From Minisyncoccota bacterium (lineage in GTDB: Bacteria; Patescibacteriota; Minisyncoccia; Phycocordibacterales; CAJQIN01), in contig CAJQIN010000002.1 of NCBI GenBank assembly GCA_905478465.1, forward strand, positions 88,312 to 152,311: DNA of 64,000 nt. The letters are read 5' to 3'. Positions 29,335 through 39,860 of the stretch are shown here, piece after piece. The translations under genes were made by a program, and so were the position numbers. A model generated the notes under the pieces. It was not told the origin of the DNA. It saw only the letters and a list, made by a program, of their open reading frames with translations, and did not search any database. How positions within the stretch are numbered: the first letter of the stretch is position 1; every line of letters starts with the position of its first letter.

Positions 29335-31527
29335 GTGACCAAAGGAATTAGAAACAGCTTTATACTTAGTATCATATTCTGCATAGGATTTATTTTTGCT
29401 GTACCACAAATGGCACATGCCCAAACAAACCAGTCTTCACCTTGGCAATCAACTACACTTACAAATGAAACTGTAGATATTGCAAATTGTGGTTCTGACT
29501 TTACTTGTCATGGGAAAAAAATAATAGCCTACACCATAATTTTTACAGGGAACACCCTCCTTAGAATATTCTCTTGGATCACATGGATAGGCGGAACTTT
29601 CCTTAATACAGTACTCTTGGTCACGGTGGTAAACATGTCAGGTATTGTAGAAAAGACGTCTGCCATTCAAGATGGATGGAAAATCATTAGGGATCTGTCA
29701 AATATTGCCTTTATCTTTGTACTTCTGTATATATCAATATCAACCATATTAGATTTAGGGGTTAACACAGGAAAAGCTTTACGTAGTGTTGTTATAGCTG
29801 CTTTATTTATAAACTTCTCCTTCTTTTTTGCAGCAACAATTATTGACGTATCCAACATACTAACCTTACATCTCTACGACCAAATTCTTACTCCAAGTAA
29901 TCAGTCTGCAACTGGTACGTCTAGTGACGTTAATAGCGACACAGACCCAAATAGCAGGTCTAGCGTAGGATTATCCGGAAAAATGCTTGAGAAACTAGGT
30001 GTTCCCACACAAGTATTTAGTTTCCCAGATGATGCTGAGTTAAATAATACATGGAATAATCTAGGTACTTTTTTTGTCAAAATACTTGGCGGTATCTTCC
30101 TCCTTATTGTTTCTTCTTTTATTTTTATTGCAGCCGGTATCATGTTCTTGTACCGTTTTGTTATTTTCGTATTTCTTCTTATATTTTCCCCTATTGCCTT
30201 TTTAGGAATGATTTTGCCTCAAACAAAAAGTACAGCCTCTGCTTGGTGGAAATCTCTCACGGACAATGCTCTTTTTGCCCCGGTTTACATGGTACTTACT
30301 TTTATTGCATTAGAAATAGTTGGATCTCTTCATACACAAATATCTGCTGTTGCTAATTCAAGTAATCAAAAAATACTCCTTGATCCAACCGCTTTTTTAA
30401 ACTTTGTTATCGTTGCAGCTTTTCTGCTCGGATCACTAATTATCTCTAAAAAATATGCAACAGCAAGTGCAGGGACAGCAACATCTCTAGCCGGGAAAGC
30501 TGTCTTTGGAAAATACGGACTAGGTGGAGCAAGTAGATTTGCAGGAAGACGAATTGGCGCCGGTATCAAAGAAAACAAGTATATAAATAACCTTGTTGAT
30601 GGTGAACGAAGTAATGTCGCAGGACGCTGGGCAGGACGTTTAGCATTACGCACAGGAGATAAGATTGAAAAAGGAACCTATGATGCACGAAAAACACTTA
30701 ACTCCTTAGGAAGCTCTCTAGGTGAAAAGAATGCATTTGGCAAAAGTGTAAGTAGAAAAGATCTTGATAAAAACCAAAAAGACAAAGAACAAGCAATAAT
30801 TGACGCTATGGCACCAACCCAACACACCATCAGTCAGGCCGAGGCAGACCTTACCGAATCAAGGAAAAAATATATTCAAATAAAAGACACCTTCGACAAA
30901 GACCCTATCACCAAAAAAATTAATACAAAAATTGAAATAGCCGAAAAAGAATTAATGGAGGCAAAGAAAGCTCTAGGAAGTGAAGATGATATGAAAAAAC
31001 TTGCGCAAAAAGAAAGATCATCTGGGAACATCAAAGAAGCAAGAAATATTGAAGAAGTTTTTGCAAAGAAAAAATCTACCTTAGCAACCATGGAAGCAGA
31101 TCTCTCTTCATATAGAAAAGAGAAGTCCGGCCATAAAAAAACTTTAGGGGTAACAGAGGCGGAAGAACAACTGGAGCCGTATCAGAAAAAGATGGATACT
31201 CTAAAAGGTGTCGATGATAAAGAAGCCCTCAAACGTGCTAAAAATAATACTAAACAAGCGGAAGATGAGGATGACAAAGCGTATAAAAAACGTGTTGAGA
31301 AAGAAGCTCGAGGTTTACAACAAAAAAGCCAACAAGAAGCAAGGACCACGCGCCATATTGAAGATGCAGAAAACTCAATGTTCCAACCTAAACGCGAACG
31401 AGAAAATCGAGTTGCACTTCTTAAAAAAATGACTAAAAAGCAAAGCGCAGCAGATCTTCTAGAAGGATTTATTAAAGAAACATCATCAAGTAGTAGCCCA
31501 GCCAAAAATCCTGATGATGAAAATTAA
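29335..31527 (+). CDS. VirB6/TrbL-like polytopic membrane protein
   Basis: GWKIIRDLSN, A.LFINFS, R...L..L.IFSPIAF....LP.T...WW; Gly/Ala-rich then charged coiled-coil tail. Confidence 0.75.
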   Translation: MTKGIRNSFILSIIFCIGFIFAVPQMAHAQTNQSSPWQSTTLTNETVDIANCGSDFTCHGKKIIAYTIIFTGNTLLRIFSWITWIGGTFLNTVLLVTVVNMSGIVEKTSAIQDGWKIIRDLSNIAFIFVLLYISISTILDLGVNTGKALRSVVIAALFINFSFFFAATIIDVSNILTLHLYDQILTPSNQSATGTSSDVNSDTDPNSRSSVGLSGKMLEKLGVPTQVFSFPDDAELNNTWNNLGTFFVKILGGIFLLIVSSFIFIAAGIMFLYRFVIFVFLLIFSPIAFLGMILPQTKSTASAWWKSLTDNALFAPVYMVLTFIALEIVGSLHTQISAVANSSNQKILLDPTAFLNFVIVAAFLLGSLIISKKYATASAGTATSLAGKAVFGKYGLGGASRFAGRRIGAGIKENKYINNLVDGERSNVAGRWAGRLALRTGDKIEKGTYDARKTLNSLGSSLGEKNAFGKSVSRKDLDKNQKDKEQAIIDAMAPTQHTISQAEADLTESRKKYIQIKDTFDKDPITKKINTKIEIAEKELMEAKKALGSEDDMKKLAQKERSSGNIKEARNIEEVFAKKKSTLATMEADLSSYRKEKSGHKKTLGVTEAEEQLEPYQKKMDTLKGVDDKEALKRAKNNTKQAEDEDDKAYKKRVEKEARGLQQKSQQEARTTRHIEDAENSMFQPKRERENRVALLKKMTKKQSAADLLEGFIKETSSSSSPAKNPDDEN

Positions 31528-31531
31528 CAAT

Positions 31532-32128
31532 ATGGAAACACAAAAAGAAATACACAACATAATAGGTACCCAATTAGAACAACTTCCTGAAAATGTTCGT
31601 TTGTACATTGAAAGCAAGGTCTGGGACACAGCCCTAGAAGAACTCCTAATAAAAGATGTAATTACTCACAAATATTCTGAAGAAATAAAGTATGAGATAT
31701 TCTTTTATCTTCTTGGACTTCGAGATAAAAATGAAACAATCAAAAAAATACAAGATATACCAGAAGAAACTGAATCTCTTAATAAAAATATAGATTTTTT
31801 CTCAGTTATTCCAGACACTATCCAAAAAGAACTTGCCGACATATTGAGCCCTGAAGAAACTCCCGTATCCGACGAAAGATTAGGAGGTGTTGAAATAACA
31901 CATGAATCACAAACAAAAAATGAAGAAGATATAGTACCTGAACGAGAAAATGTAATGCAAGGAATTGAACACCCAGAAAACATAACTTCACAATCAGAAA
32001 CAATATCTAATCCTATTGGATCCAAATTAAAAAAAACTACTGAAAGTAGCACCGTACCACTAGGAGATAACCCTAGTAGAAGAGGGTACGCAGAAGGACA
32101 AGACCCTTACAGAGAAGCCTTAAACTAA
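31532..32128 (+). CDS. Hypothetical protein (C-terminal DPYRE motif)
   Basis: ~200-aa ORF between the VirB6-like and PrgI genes. Confidence 0.7.
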   Translation: METQKEIHNIIGTQLEQLPENVRLYIESKVWDTALEELLIKDVITHKYSEEIKYEIFFYLLGLRDKNETIKKIQDIPEETESLNKNIDFFSVIPDTIQKELADILSPEETPVSDERLGGVEITHESQTKNEEDIVPERENVMQGIEHPENITSQSETISNPIGSKLKKTTESSTVPLGDNPSRRGYAEGQDPYREALN

Positions 32129-32146
32129 TTACCAATACTTAAACCT

Positions 32147-32189
32147 ACTACATACCCATAACAAGCTTTGCTTGTTATGGGTATGTAGT
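32147..32189. repeat. Perfect 20-bp inverted repeat with 3-nt loop
   Basis: ACTACATACCCATAACAAGC-TTT-GCTTGTTATGGGTATGTAGT. Confidence 0.9.
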
Positions 32190-32236
32190 TCATAATTAAG
32201 GTAGTTAATATTTCTCTAAAAAAATAAACACACCCT

Positions 32237-32665
32237 ATGCGCTATCAAGTACCACAATTTATAGAAGTTGAAGACAAAATATTTGGACCCCTAACCTTAA
32301 AGCAATTTATTTATCTAGGTGGATCTATTGGTATTATTGTGGTTATTTTTAGTTTTACACCAAGAATTCTAGCCTTTATTCTATCTACCCCCGTTGTTGC
32401 TCTTGGTCTTGCTTTAGCATTTTATAAAGTAAACAATAAGCCTTTTCTAGAAATGATAGAGGCATTTTTTCACTATAATACAAATGGAAAACTATATATA
32501 TGGCATAAAACTGCTAGAAAAATCAAAAAAGGGTCTGAGCAAACAGACAGAAGAACTTTAGAAGTTCCTAAACTTGCAAATAGTAAGCTTAAAGACCTTA
32601 CATGGACCCTTGATGTAAAGGAACAAAACAATCCCATTACAAAAGAAACTAATCCACCTGTATAA
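32237..32665 (+). CDS. PrgI-family (VirB3-like) membrane protein
   Basis: YQVPQFIEVEDKIFGPLTLKQF followed by two TM segments. Confidence 0.88.
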   Translation: MRYQVPQFIEVEDKIFGPLTLKQFIYLGGSIGIIVVIFSFTPRILAFILSTPVVALGLALAFYKVNNKPFLEMIEAFFHYNTNGKLYIWHKTARKIKKGSEQTDRRTLEVPKLANSKLKDLTWTLDVKEQNNPITKETNPPV

Positions 32666-32692
32666 AGACGTAACCTGCGTTATACTATCTAT

Positions 32693-33319
32693 ATGTCATC
32701 ACGTAATTCAAAAGCAACCCAAGATTTTATTCCTGTAGAAGAGATAAGAGATGGTGTTGCGATTCTAAAAGATGGTTCTTTGAGGTCAATTATCATGGCT
32801 TCTTCTGTTAACTTTGCCCTCAAGTCAGATGATGAAAGAACTTCTATTCTTTTTCAATTTCAAAACTTTCTTGATTCTCTAGATTTCTCTGTACAAATAG
32901 TCATCCAGTCACGTCGACTTGATATTCGACCATATCTTGCACTCCTTGAGGAACGTCAAAAGGTTCAGATGAACGACTTAATGAAAATGCAAACACGAGA
33001 ATATATTGGTTTCATAAAAAAATTCACAGAAAGTGTCAGCATCATGACAAAAAACTTCTTCGTAGTAGTATCTTATTCTCCCTCTACACTAGGATCTAAA
33101 AAAGGTGGTTTTATGAAAAAGAAATCTTCAAAAACTAAAGACGTAAATTTTTCTTTTGAAGAAAATTTGAGTCAATTAAACCAGAGAATGTCTGTTGTTG
33201 AACAAGGTCTTTCACGAACAGGTGTACGTGTTGCTCACTTAGGAACAGAGGAGGTGACGGAACTTTTTTATAAATTATTTAATCCTGGAGAGACTGAAAA
33301 ACCAATTAAAATGCAATAA
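32693..33319 (+). CDS. TraC/VirB4 N-terminal-like protein
   Basis: STQ-like start, IRDGV, SSVNFALKS..E, FL.SLDF..QI...SR; directly upstream of the VirB4 ATPase. Confidence 0.78.
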   Translation: MSSRNSKATQDFIPVEEIRDGVAILKDGSLRSIIMASSVNFALKSDDERTSILFQFQNFLDSLDFSVQIVIQSRRLDIRPYLALLEERQKVQMNDLMKMQTREYIGFIKKFTESVSIMTKNFFVVVSYSPSTLGSKKGGFMKKKSSKTKDVNFSFEENLSQLNQRMSVVEQGLSRTGVRVAHLGTEEVTELFYKLFNPGETEKPIKMQ

Positions 33320-33320
33320 T

Positions 33321-35132
33321 ATGGGAATTTTTGATTTTTTAAAGAAAAATAATGACAAAGACTTTGATATAAGCACAATTATGCCTGACAACATCTACGA
33401 GGCTAATGCACTTGAATTAAAGGATATTCTTGCACCAAGTGCACTCGAGATCACCCCAAGAGAGATACGTCTTGGAGATAAAGTGTTACGAAGTTTTTTT
33501 GTTATTTCATATCCGAGATTTCTTGCAGAAAGCTGGTTTGCACCAATCATCAATCTGGACAAAATGTTTGATATCACTATCCATATTCATCCTATTGAAA
33601 CATCTATTATTCTCAGAAAATTTCAAAAAAAAGTAGCCGAAATACAAAGTCAGATTAATGAAAGGGAAGAGAAGGGACTTGTTCGAGATCCAAAACTAGA
33701 TACTGCCTATCAGGACCTAGAGGACCTCAGAGACAAACTCCAGCAAGCACAAGAGCGTCTTTTTGATGTAGGACTATACATCACCCTTTATGCAGATAAT
33801 ACAGAAGAATTAGACAAAATTGAATCTGAAATTAAATCTATTCTAGAATCAAAACTGGTTTATGTTAAACCGGCTTTATTTCAACAAGAACAAGGTTTCA
33901 AATCAACTTCACCTATTGCAACAGACCTTTTAGGAGTTCATACGAAATTAAATTCCTCTCCTCTATCAAGTATTTTTCCTTTCATCTCATTTGACCTTAC
34001 ATCAGACAAAGGAGTTCTTTATGGTATCAACCGTCACAACTCTAGTCTTGTGCTTTTTGACAGATTCTCTCTTGAAAACTACAACTCAATTACTTTCGCA
34101 AAGTCTGGTTCCGGAAAATCCTATGCAACAAAACTTGAACTCCTGCGTTCTCTTATGTTTGATACAGAAGTCATTATCATAGACCCTGAAAATGAATATG
34201 AATACATGGCAGAAGCGGTAGGGGGTAGATTCTTCAAAATATCACTTAGTTCTCAACACCACATCAACCCCTTTGACCTACCTATTCCCCGAGAAGATGA
34301 ATCCCCAGCAAGTGTTCTGCGCTCAAACATTATTCACCTTGTAGGACTTTTCCGTATTATGCTCGGAGGCCTTACAGCAGAAGAGGATGCTATTGTTGAT
34401 CGAGCCATCACTGAAACATATGCTTTGAAAGATATTTCTCCAGACTCTAATTTCGCAGATATTGATGCCCCTCTTATGTCTGATTTTGAATTAGTACTAT
34501 CTGGTATGGAAGGCGGAGAGTCTCTTGCACAACGTCTCAGCAAGTACACCAAAGGTACTTGGGCAGGCTTTATTAACAAACCATCGAATGTAGATCTAGA
34601 TAAGAAATTTATTGTATTTTCTATTCGAGATATGGAAGACGAACTCAAGCCCGTAGCCATGTACATCATTACCCACTTCATCTGGAATGCTGTTAGAAAA
34701 GACCTCCGAAAACGCCTTCTTGTAATAGATGAGGCTTGGTGGATGATGAAATCTGAAGACACAGCATCTTTCTTGCTCAATGTGGCAAAAAGAGGACGTA
34801 AATACTATTTAGGACTTCTAACCATCACACAAGATGTCGGCGACTTCCTAAACTCTCCTTACGGACTTCCTATTATCACCAACTCTTCAATGCAACTTTT
34901 ATTAAAACAATCTCCAACCGCCATCGATAAACTACAGGAAGTATTCAATCTGACAGACGAGGAAAAATATCTACTTCTTGAATCTCAAATAGGGGAGGGC
35001 ATATTCTTCGCAGGACTTAAACATGTAGCTATAAAAATCATTGCTTCCTACACAGAGGACCAAATTATTACCTCAGATCCATCTCAAATCTTAGCAATTC
35101 AAAAAGCCAAAAGAGAGTTAGAGCAATCATAA
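33321..35132 (+). CDS. VirB4-like type IV secretion ATPase
   Basis: Walker A AKSGSGKS, IIDPENEY, INPFD, Walker B LLVIDEAW, KRGRKY, ITQ. Confidence 0.92.
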   Translation: MGIFDFLKKNNDKDFDISTIMPDNIYEANALELKDILAPSALEITPREIRLGDKVLRSFFVISYPRFLAESWFAPIINLDKMFDITIHIHPIETSIILRKFQKKVAEIQSQINEREEKGLVRDPKLDTAYQDLEDLRDKLQQAQERLFDVGLYITLYADNTEELDKIESEIKSILESKLVYVKPALFQQEQGFKSTSPIATDLLGVHTKLNSSPLSSIFPFISFDLTSDKGVLYGINRHNSSLVLFDRFSLENYNSITFAKSGSGKSYATKLELLRSLMFDTEVIIIDPENEYEYMAEAVGGRFFKISLSSQHHINPFDLPIPREDESPASVLRSNIIHLVGLFRIMLGGLTAEEDAIVDRAITETYALKDISPDSNFADIDAPLMSDFELVLSGMEGGESLAQRLSKYTKGTWAGFINKPSNVDLDKKFIVFSIRDMEDELKPVAMYIITHFIWNAVRKDLRKRLLVIDEAWWMMKSEDTASFLLNVAKRGRKYYLGLLTITQDVGDFLNSPYGLPIITNSSMQLLLKQSPTAIDKLQEVFNLTDEEKYLLLESQIGEGIFFAGLKHVAIKIIASYTEDQIITSDPSQILAIQKAKRELEQS

Positions 35133-35139
35133 AATAATT

Positions 35140-35661
35140 ATGGAATCAATAAAACGACCAAGGTCTTTAACAAAAAAGAACTTACCCACAAAGGTATCTA
35201 ACAAAGAAAATCAACCTAATACACACATAAACAGTCCTAAAAAAGAAGTATCTTATCGAATATCATGGACCACAGCTTTTTTAATGATATCCCTGACCAT
35301 CGTCTTCGACCTAACTGAAATTATCATCGACTGGCTAGGTAATCTAACAGCAGCTTTTGGACTTGGTTTATTATTCTGGGGTCTCAATATTGGTGGTGTT
35401 ATTTTTATGGGTCTAACTTTTTTTGTCTGGTTTAAAATAAAAAATATTCCCATATTCACAAGTCCTAAAAGAATAGCTACGTCAGCGATTACTTTTATAG
35501 GAGAAATGATTCCTGTTATTAACAACCTTCCGGGATGGACAATAGGTATTATTGTAATAATTATAATAAGTAGATCTGAAGATAGGGGTGGTATCATAGG
35601 GAAAGCAACATCTATAACAAAAAACCTCAAAGGAAAAGCTTCTGTGGGGAAAAAAGGTTAA
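35140..35661 (+). CDS. Membrane hypothetical protein
   Basis: 3-4 TM segments; EMIP.INNLP.WT motif. Confidence 0.7.
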   Translation: MESIKRPRSLTKKNLPTKVSNKENQPNTHINSPKKEVSYRISWTTAFLMISLTIVFDLTEIIIDWLGNLTAAFGLGLLFWGLNIGGVIFMGLTFFVWFKIKNIPIFTSPKRIATSAITFIGEMIPVINNLPGWTIGIIVIIIISRSEDRGGIIGKATSITKNLKGKASVGKKG

Positions 35662-35691
35662 AGAAATAGAAAATTACGCTATACTATATAT

Positions 35692-36399
35692 ATGAAATAT
35701 TTTTTCTATATTTTTGTTTTTAGTTTTATATTTGCATCAAATATTCCGTATATTTATGCTCAAGAAACAAATTCTTCTGTTAATATTGTTTGGTATGCAA
35801 ACGACTCTTATGTCCCAAATTTTTACAAAGGAAAAGCTCTTCGTTCAGAGTACACAAGCACTACATTAACGGCAATACCTCAAATAAACTATCAAGGTAC
35901 TCTTATTCAAAATTCTGAATTAAATTTTACATGGAAAGTAAACGGAAAAACTTTACAAAACTCAGGATTAGGTAAAAACCAAATAACAATCAAGAATTCT
36001 CTAACATCAAACTCTCCTGAGGTCAGCATTGTTGTCACATCTACGCGCACAGGTCTTTCTGCACAATCATCTTTACAACTACCTGAGTATGAATCTAGAG
36101 TACTACTCTATGAAAACGATCCTCTTTTAGGAATTTTATATAATAAAGCCCTTCTTTCAACATTTTCTGTACAAAATAAAGAAGTAACCCTAAAAGCTAT
36201 ACCGTACTACTTCACAAAAGATGCTCTAGGCTATACATGGAAAATAAATGGAAACACTTTTTCATCAACAGCTCTTGAAGACGGTATCACTCTCAGAAAA
36301 GATGATGCGTCTTCAGGAAGTTCTCAATTAAGTATTTTTGTAAAATCTTTGAAAAATATTTTACAAAAAGAAACCTCTAATCTTACTATCACTTTTTAA
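35692..36399 (+). CDS. Secreted Ig-like/PKD-like protein
   Basis: Signal peptide; YVP.FYKGKAL; repeated F/YTWK.NG beta-sandwich motifs. Confidence 0.7.
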   Translation: MKYFFYIFVFSFIFASNIPYIYAQETNSSVNIVWYANDSYVPNFYKGKALRSEYTSTTLTAIPQINYQGTLIQNSELNFTWKVNGKTLQNSGLGKNQITIKNSLTSNSPEVSIVVTSTRTGLSAQSSLQLPEYESRVLLYENDPLLGILYNKALLSTFSVQNKEVTLKAIPYYFTKDALGYTWKINGNTFSSTALEDGITLRKDDASSGSSQLSIFVKSLKNILQKETSNLTITF

Positions 36400-36401
36400 A
36401 A

Positions 36402-37037
36402 ATGAAAAAAATACTATTTCTTATAACATTATGGAGTCTGCCAATTTTGTCTTTTGCCCAAGGGACTGCTGGTAATGCTCAACAATATGTCCCCCTTGTA
36501 TCAGACCTTCCTGAAATAATTACAAGTAGTTCTTCTTTTGGAGATTATCTTACTGGTTGGTTTCAACTAATCCTTGGCCTTGTCACCGTCCTTGCAGTTA
36601 TATGGATCACATTAGGAGGTATCAAATATATGTCAACAGATGCTTACTCAGGGAAATCAGAAGGGAAAAAAATGGTTCAAAACGCTATTATAGGACTTCT
36701 TTTAGCGGGAGTATCTTGGCTTATTCTATTCACTATTAATCCCGCTATTTTAAATGTGAATCTTAATTTTACACAACAAGAATCTCAAGATTTTTCAGTA
36801 ACAACAAATATACCTACAGACTCAGGCTCTCTGGAAACCTACTATTGTTTTGTTTGGTATAAAGAAACTTTTTATTTCAGAAACCTGACAGACCCTGCCG
36901 AATCTTGTTTTGTAGATAAAAAAGATTGCACAAAAGCTCGTGCAATAAAAAGAGCTGAATCAGTTAACATGGCCACTTCCCATTGTGCCGAAGCAGAAAG
37001 AGACAGCGCAGCATTATATAAAAACTCAATACAATAA
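36402..37037 (+). CDS. VirB2/TrbC-like T4SS pilin with Cys-rich C-terminal extension
   Basis: Signal peptide; LAVIWITLGGIKYM....GK.EGKKM..NAIIGLLLA..SW.IL..INP. Confidence 0.8.
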   Translation: MKKILFLITLWSLPILSFAQGTAGNAQQYVPLVSDLPEIITSSSSFGDYLTGWFQLILGLVTVLAVIWITLGGIKYMSTDAYSGKSEGKKMVQNAIIGLLLAGVSWLILFTINPAILNVNLNFTQQESQDFSVTTNIPTDSGSLETYYCFVWYKETFYFRNLTDPAESCFVDKKDCTKARAIKRAESVNMATSHCAEAERDSAALYKNSIQ

Positions 37038-38269
37038 TGACAAAAAAAATTACAATTATACTAACTACGTTAATTCTTATTACAAGTATTGCTTTTGGTA
37101 TCCGCTACTATTTCTTTAACACCTCCATACAAACAAACACAGCAACATCTACTTCTTTTACTAATAATATTTTTGGTTTTCTTGGTATAGGATCCGATAA
37201 TCAGAATGTGGCAGACCAACCCATTAACAAAGTGTCTAATACCAACACCCTGACCAACACTGTTATACCCACACTTAGGCATATCACCGAAAATCCTGTT
37301 GCAGGAGCAACGTTTGTTGGGACAAGTACTATTCGTTACGCGAACAGAGGAAATGGACATATTTTTGAGACACCAACAAACTCTCTGGAAACGGTTAAGA
37401 TTTCTAATACTACCATTCCAAAAGTATACGAAGCTTACTGGGTAAACAATGGAGAGAATGTGATCTACCGACGCCTTAAAGAAAATACAAACACTATCGA
37501 AACCAGTTTTCTTGAGTTACGAACTAAAACAGGTAGCACCACAGATTTTCTACGAGATACCATCATCACTTTTTTACCTGACAACATTACCGATCTTGCG
37601 GTATCAGTGAACACCGATAATATTGCTTACATTCTTCCAATAGACTCTTCTGCTCAAATCACCACAAGCAACCCTGATGGCTCATCACCTTCTTCTTTTT
37701 CTATACCTCATCCATCATGGACACTCTCATGGACAGATTCAAACATCCTTACTATTGTTCCTAAAACAGCTTCTAATGTTTTAACATCGATGTATTCTAT
37801 ATCCAAAACCAAAAACCTTATGCAAGAAATCGACGACAACCCTGGTCTAACAATACTAAACACACCTAAACGAACACTGTATTCATTCTCAACAAAAAAC
37901 TCTTTATTTCTGGAAGTAAAAAATTCTGACGACTTGGTTATTTTACTGTACCCATCAACTCTCCCAGAAAAATGCACCCCTACAGATACCACACATGTAA
38001 TATGTGGAGTTCCCACATCAATTCCACAAGCCTCATATCCTGAAAACTGGTACCAAGGTGTAGTTTCATTTATCGATGAAATACGTACATACAATCTTGA
38101 AACAGGAGAATCTGTTATAACATACACACCCCAAGAAGAATTCGACATAATCAATCCTCAAATATCTTCTGACGGAAAATACTTTATGTTCACAAATAAA
38201 AAAGATTTAAGCCTTTGGGTATTAAACCTTGATGAAGTAGGGGAGGAGACAACGGTAAACACTTTCTAA
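37037..38269 (+). CDS. Membrane-anchored beta-propeller-like protein
   Basis: N-terminal TM, Thr/Asn-rich linker, TLPEKC/CGVP/WYQG, C-terminal S.DGKY..F.NKKD.SLW. Confidence 0.7.
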   Translation: MTKKITIILTTLILITSIAFGIRYYFFNTSIQTNTATSTSFTNNIFGFLGIGSDNQNVADQPINKVSNTNTLTNTVIPTLRHITENPVAGATFVGTSTIRYANRGNGHIFETPTNSLETVKISNTTIPKVYEAYWVNNGENVIYRRLKENTNTIETSFLELRTKTGSTTDFLRDTIITFLPDNITDLAVSVNTDNIAYILPIDSSAQITTSNPDGSSPSSFSIPHPSWTLSWTDSNILTIVPKTASNVLTSMYSISKTKNLMQEIDDNPGLTILNTPKRTLYSFSTKNSLFLEVKNSDDLVILLYPSTLPEKCTPTDTTHVICGVPTSIPQASYPENWYQGVVSFIDEIRTYNLETGESVITYTPQEEFDIINPQISSDGKYFMFTNKKDLSLWVLNLDEVGEETTVNTF

Positions 38270-38300
38270 AAAGAAAAACACTTCAGACATGAAGTGTTTT

Positions 38301-38765
38301 TTATATCGTATTCTCTACATAACTAAGGACCACTCTACGATCCCTACCATCTCCCTCTGAATGAGTTTTGATGTCGTCCTGATCTGTAAACACAGAGTGG
38401 ACGATCATCCTTTCAAAAGCATTCATTGGCTCCATATCAACACTGGCTTTAAACGAACGTACACGTTCTCCTGCAAAGATAGCTTTTTGTTTTATAGATT
38501 CAATCTGTTTTTTATAAAAATCATCAACATCTATCTGAAATCTTGGCACATCTTCATATTTTTGAGCCACCATTCGACTAACAACATGATTGAGTGCACG
38601 AAACACATCTCCGTCACGTCCAATGAGAGTTTGAGCCTCTTTAGAGTGCACAGAGAACACCAACACTGGTTCACTACATTCAATACTTTCTTCTACAATT
38701 TCTTCATATGAAATATCCATCTTATCCAACACATCTTTAATTGTTTGAATGATATTATTTTTCAT
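38301..38765 (-). CDS. jag: Jag/KhpB RNA-binding protein (KH plus R3H)
   Basis: LIGRDG, PMNAFERMIVH, SEGDGRDRRV; synteny with yidC. Confidence 0.9.
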   Translation of the reverse strand: MKNNIIQTIKDVLDKMDISYEEIVEESIECSEPVLVFSVHSKEAQTLIGRDGDVFRALNHVVSRMVAQKYEDVPRFQIDVDDFYKKQIESIKQKAIFAGERVRSFKASVDMEPMNAFERMIVHSVFTDQDDIKTHSEGDGRDRRVVLSYVENTI

Positions 38766-39489
38766 TTTTCTTTATGTGTCTTCGAATAACCAACTCTTGT
38801 CCTAATGCAAACAAATTACTTGTTGTCCAATATATAGCAATAGCACCTGAGATATTGTAAGCAATGAAAAGGATAACAACAGGGAAGACATATTTCATTT
38901 GAACTTGCATACTTCGTGCCAAATCATCTTTAAACGAAGGAACATGGTCTTTTTTCTTAGCTTCCATAGGAGGCATTGAATATCGCATTTGGAAAAAGTT
39001 CGTCACCGCTGCAGCAATAGCCAAAATCCAAGATTTTCCTGATATATCTATTAAACCTAGAAAGTTTACATCAACTGATGCTGGTATTTTGATAAAAGAA
39101 TAAAGGAGATCAGTATTTACTTGCGGCCAACCTGATTTTAGGAAAACAAAATATAAAGCAAAAATAATCGGTAATTGTATGAATACCAGAATGATACTAA
39201 CAAAAGGACTAATACCGTTCTTTTTATACAAAGCCATAGTTTGCATAGCTTGTTCTTGTGAATTACCTTTATTCTGCTCTTTTATCTTCTCAAGCTCTGG
39301 AGCCACCTGCTTCATACGGAATTGTGTAATCACCGCCTTCTTTGAAAGAGGGAATAGAATAAACTTCACAATACAGGTAAAAATAACAACAGCCACTCCA
39401 GCATCTACAAAAGGCAGAACGTCGATAAGAAAAATCAACCCATTATAGAGAGGTTGATAGAGAGTAGTGTTAAATAAGGAAGAAATCAT
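38755..39489 (-). CDS. yidC: Membrane protein insertase YidC (short form)
   Basis: LFPL, P.LEKIK, LYKKNG.SP, IQLPI, IYWTTSN. Confidence 0.93.
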   Translation of the reverse strand: MISSLFNTTLYQPLYNGLIFLIDVLPFVDAGVAVVIFTCIVKFILFPLSKKAVITQFRMKQVAPELEKIKEQNKGNSQEQAMQTMALYKKNGISPFVSIILVFIQLPIIFALYFVFLKSGWPQVNTDLLYSFIKIPASVDVNFLGLIDISGKSWILAIAAAVTNFFQMRYSMPPMEAKKKDHVPSFKDDLARSMQVQMKYVFPVVILFIAYNISGAIAIYWTTSNLFALGQELVIRRHIKKNEK

Positions 39490-39515
39490 ATAGAGGTATT
39501 CTAGACTAGATACCT

Positions 39516-39851
39516 CTACATATCAAGAAAATTATGCTTTTTTAAAACTTGTTGAAGATTTGTTTGAAAATTTTCATCAATTTTTACACTTTTTTTAGGA
39601 TATACAACGTATACACAAGGTATAAGGAGGGGAAGTAGACCTTGAAAACCCTGAAAAACCCTTCTTTTTATATAATTCCTGCCCACAGCGGTGGGTGTAT
39701 GCTTTTTTGACACAATAACGGCTATCTTTGGATCTTTTATGGCCTCAACCTTATACACCTTAATAGTCCCATACAAAAAAGAAACCTGCACAGATCGCAT
39801 GGTTAAAGAGGTAAATAACGCCGAGGAGACCTTATTTATACGAGGAATCAT
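39516..39851 (-). CDS. rnpA: RNase P protein component
   Basis: AVIVSKK..TAVGRNYIKRR; between rpmH and yidC. Confidence 0.88.
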   Translation of the reverse strand: MIPRINKVSSALFTSLTMRSVQVSFLYGTIKVYKVEAIKDPKIAVIVSKKHTPTAVGRNYIKRRVFQGFQGLLPLLIPCVYVVYPKKSVKIDENFQTNLQQVLKKHNFLDM

Positions 39852-39860
39852 AAGAAATGT

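Noticed and set aside
27378-38269. Conjugative ICE or prophage
   Set aside because: No integrase, relaxase, coupling protein, att repeats or phage structural genes; composition is host-like.
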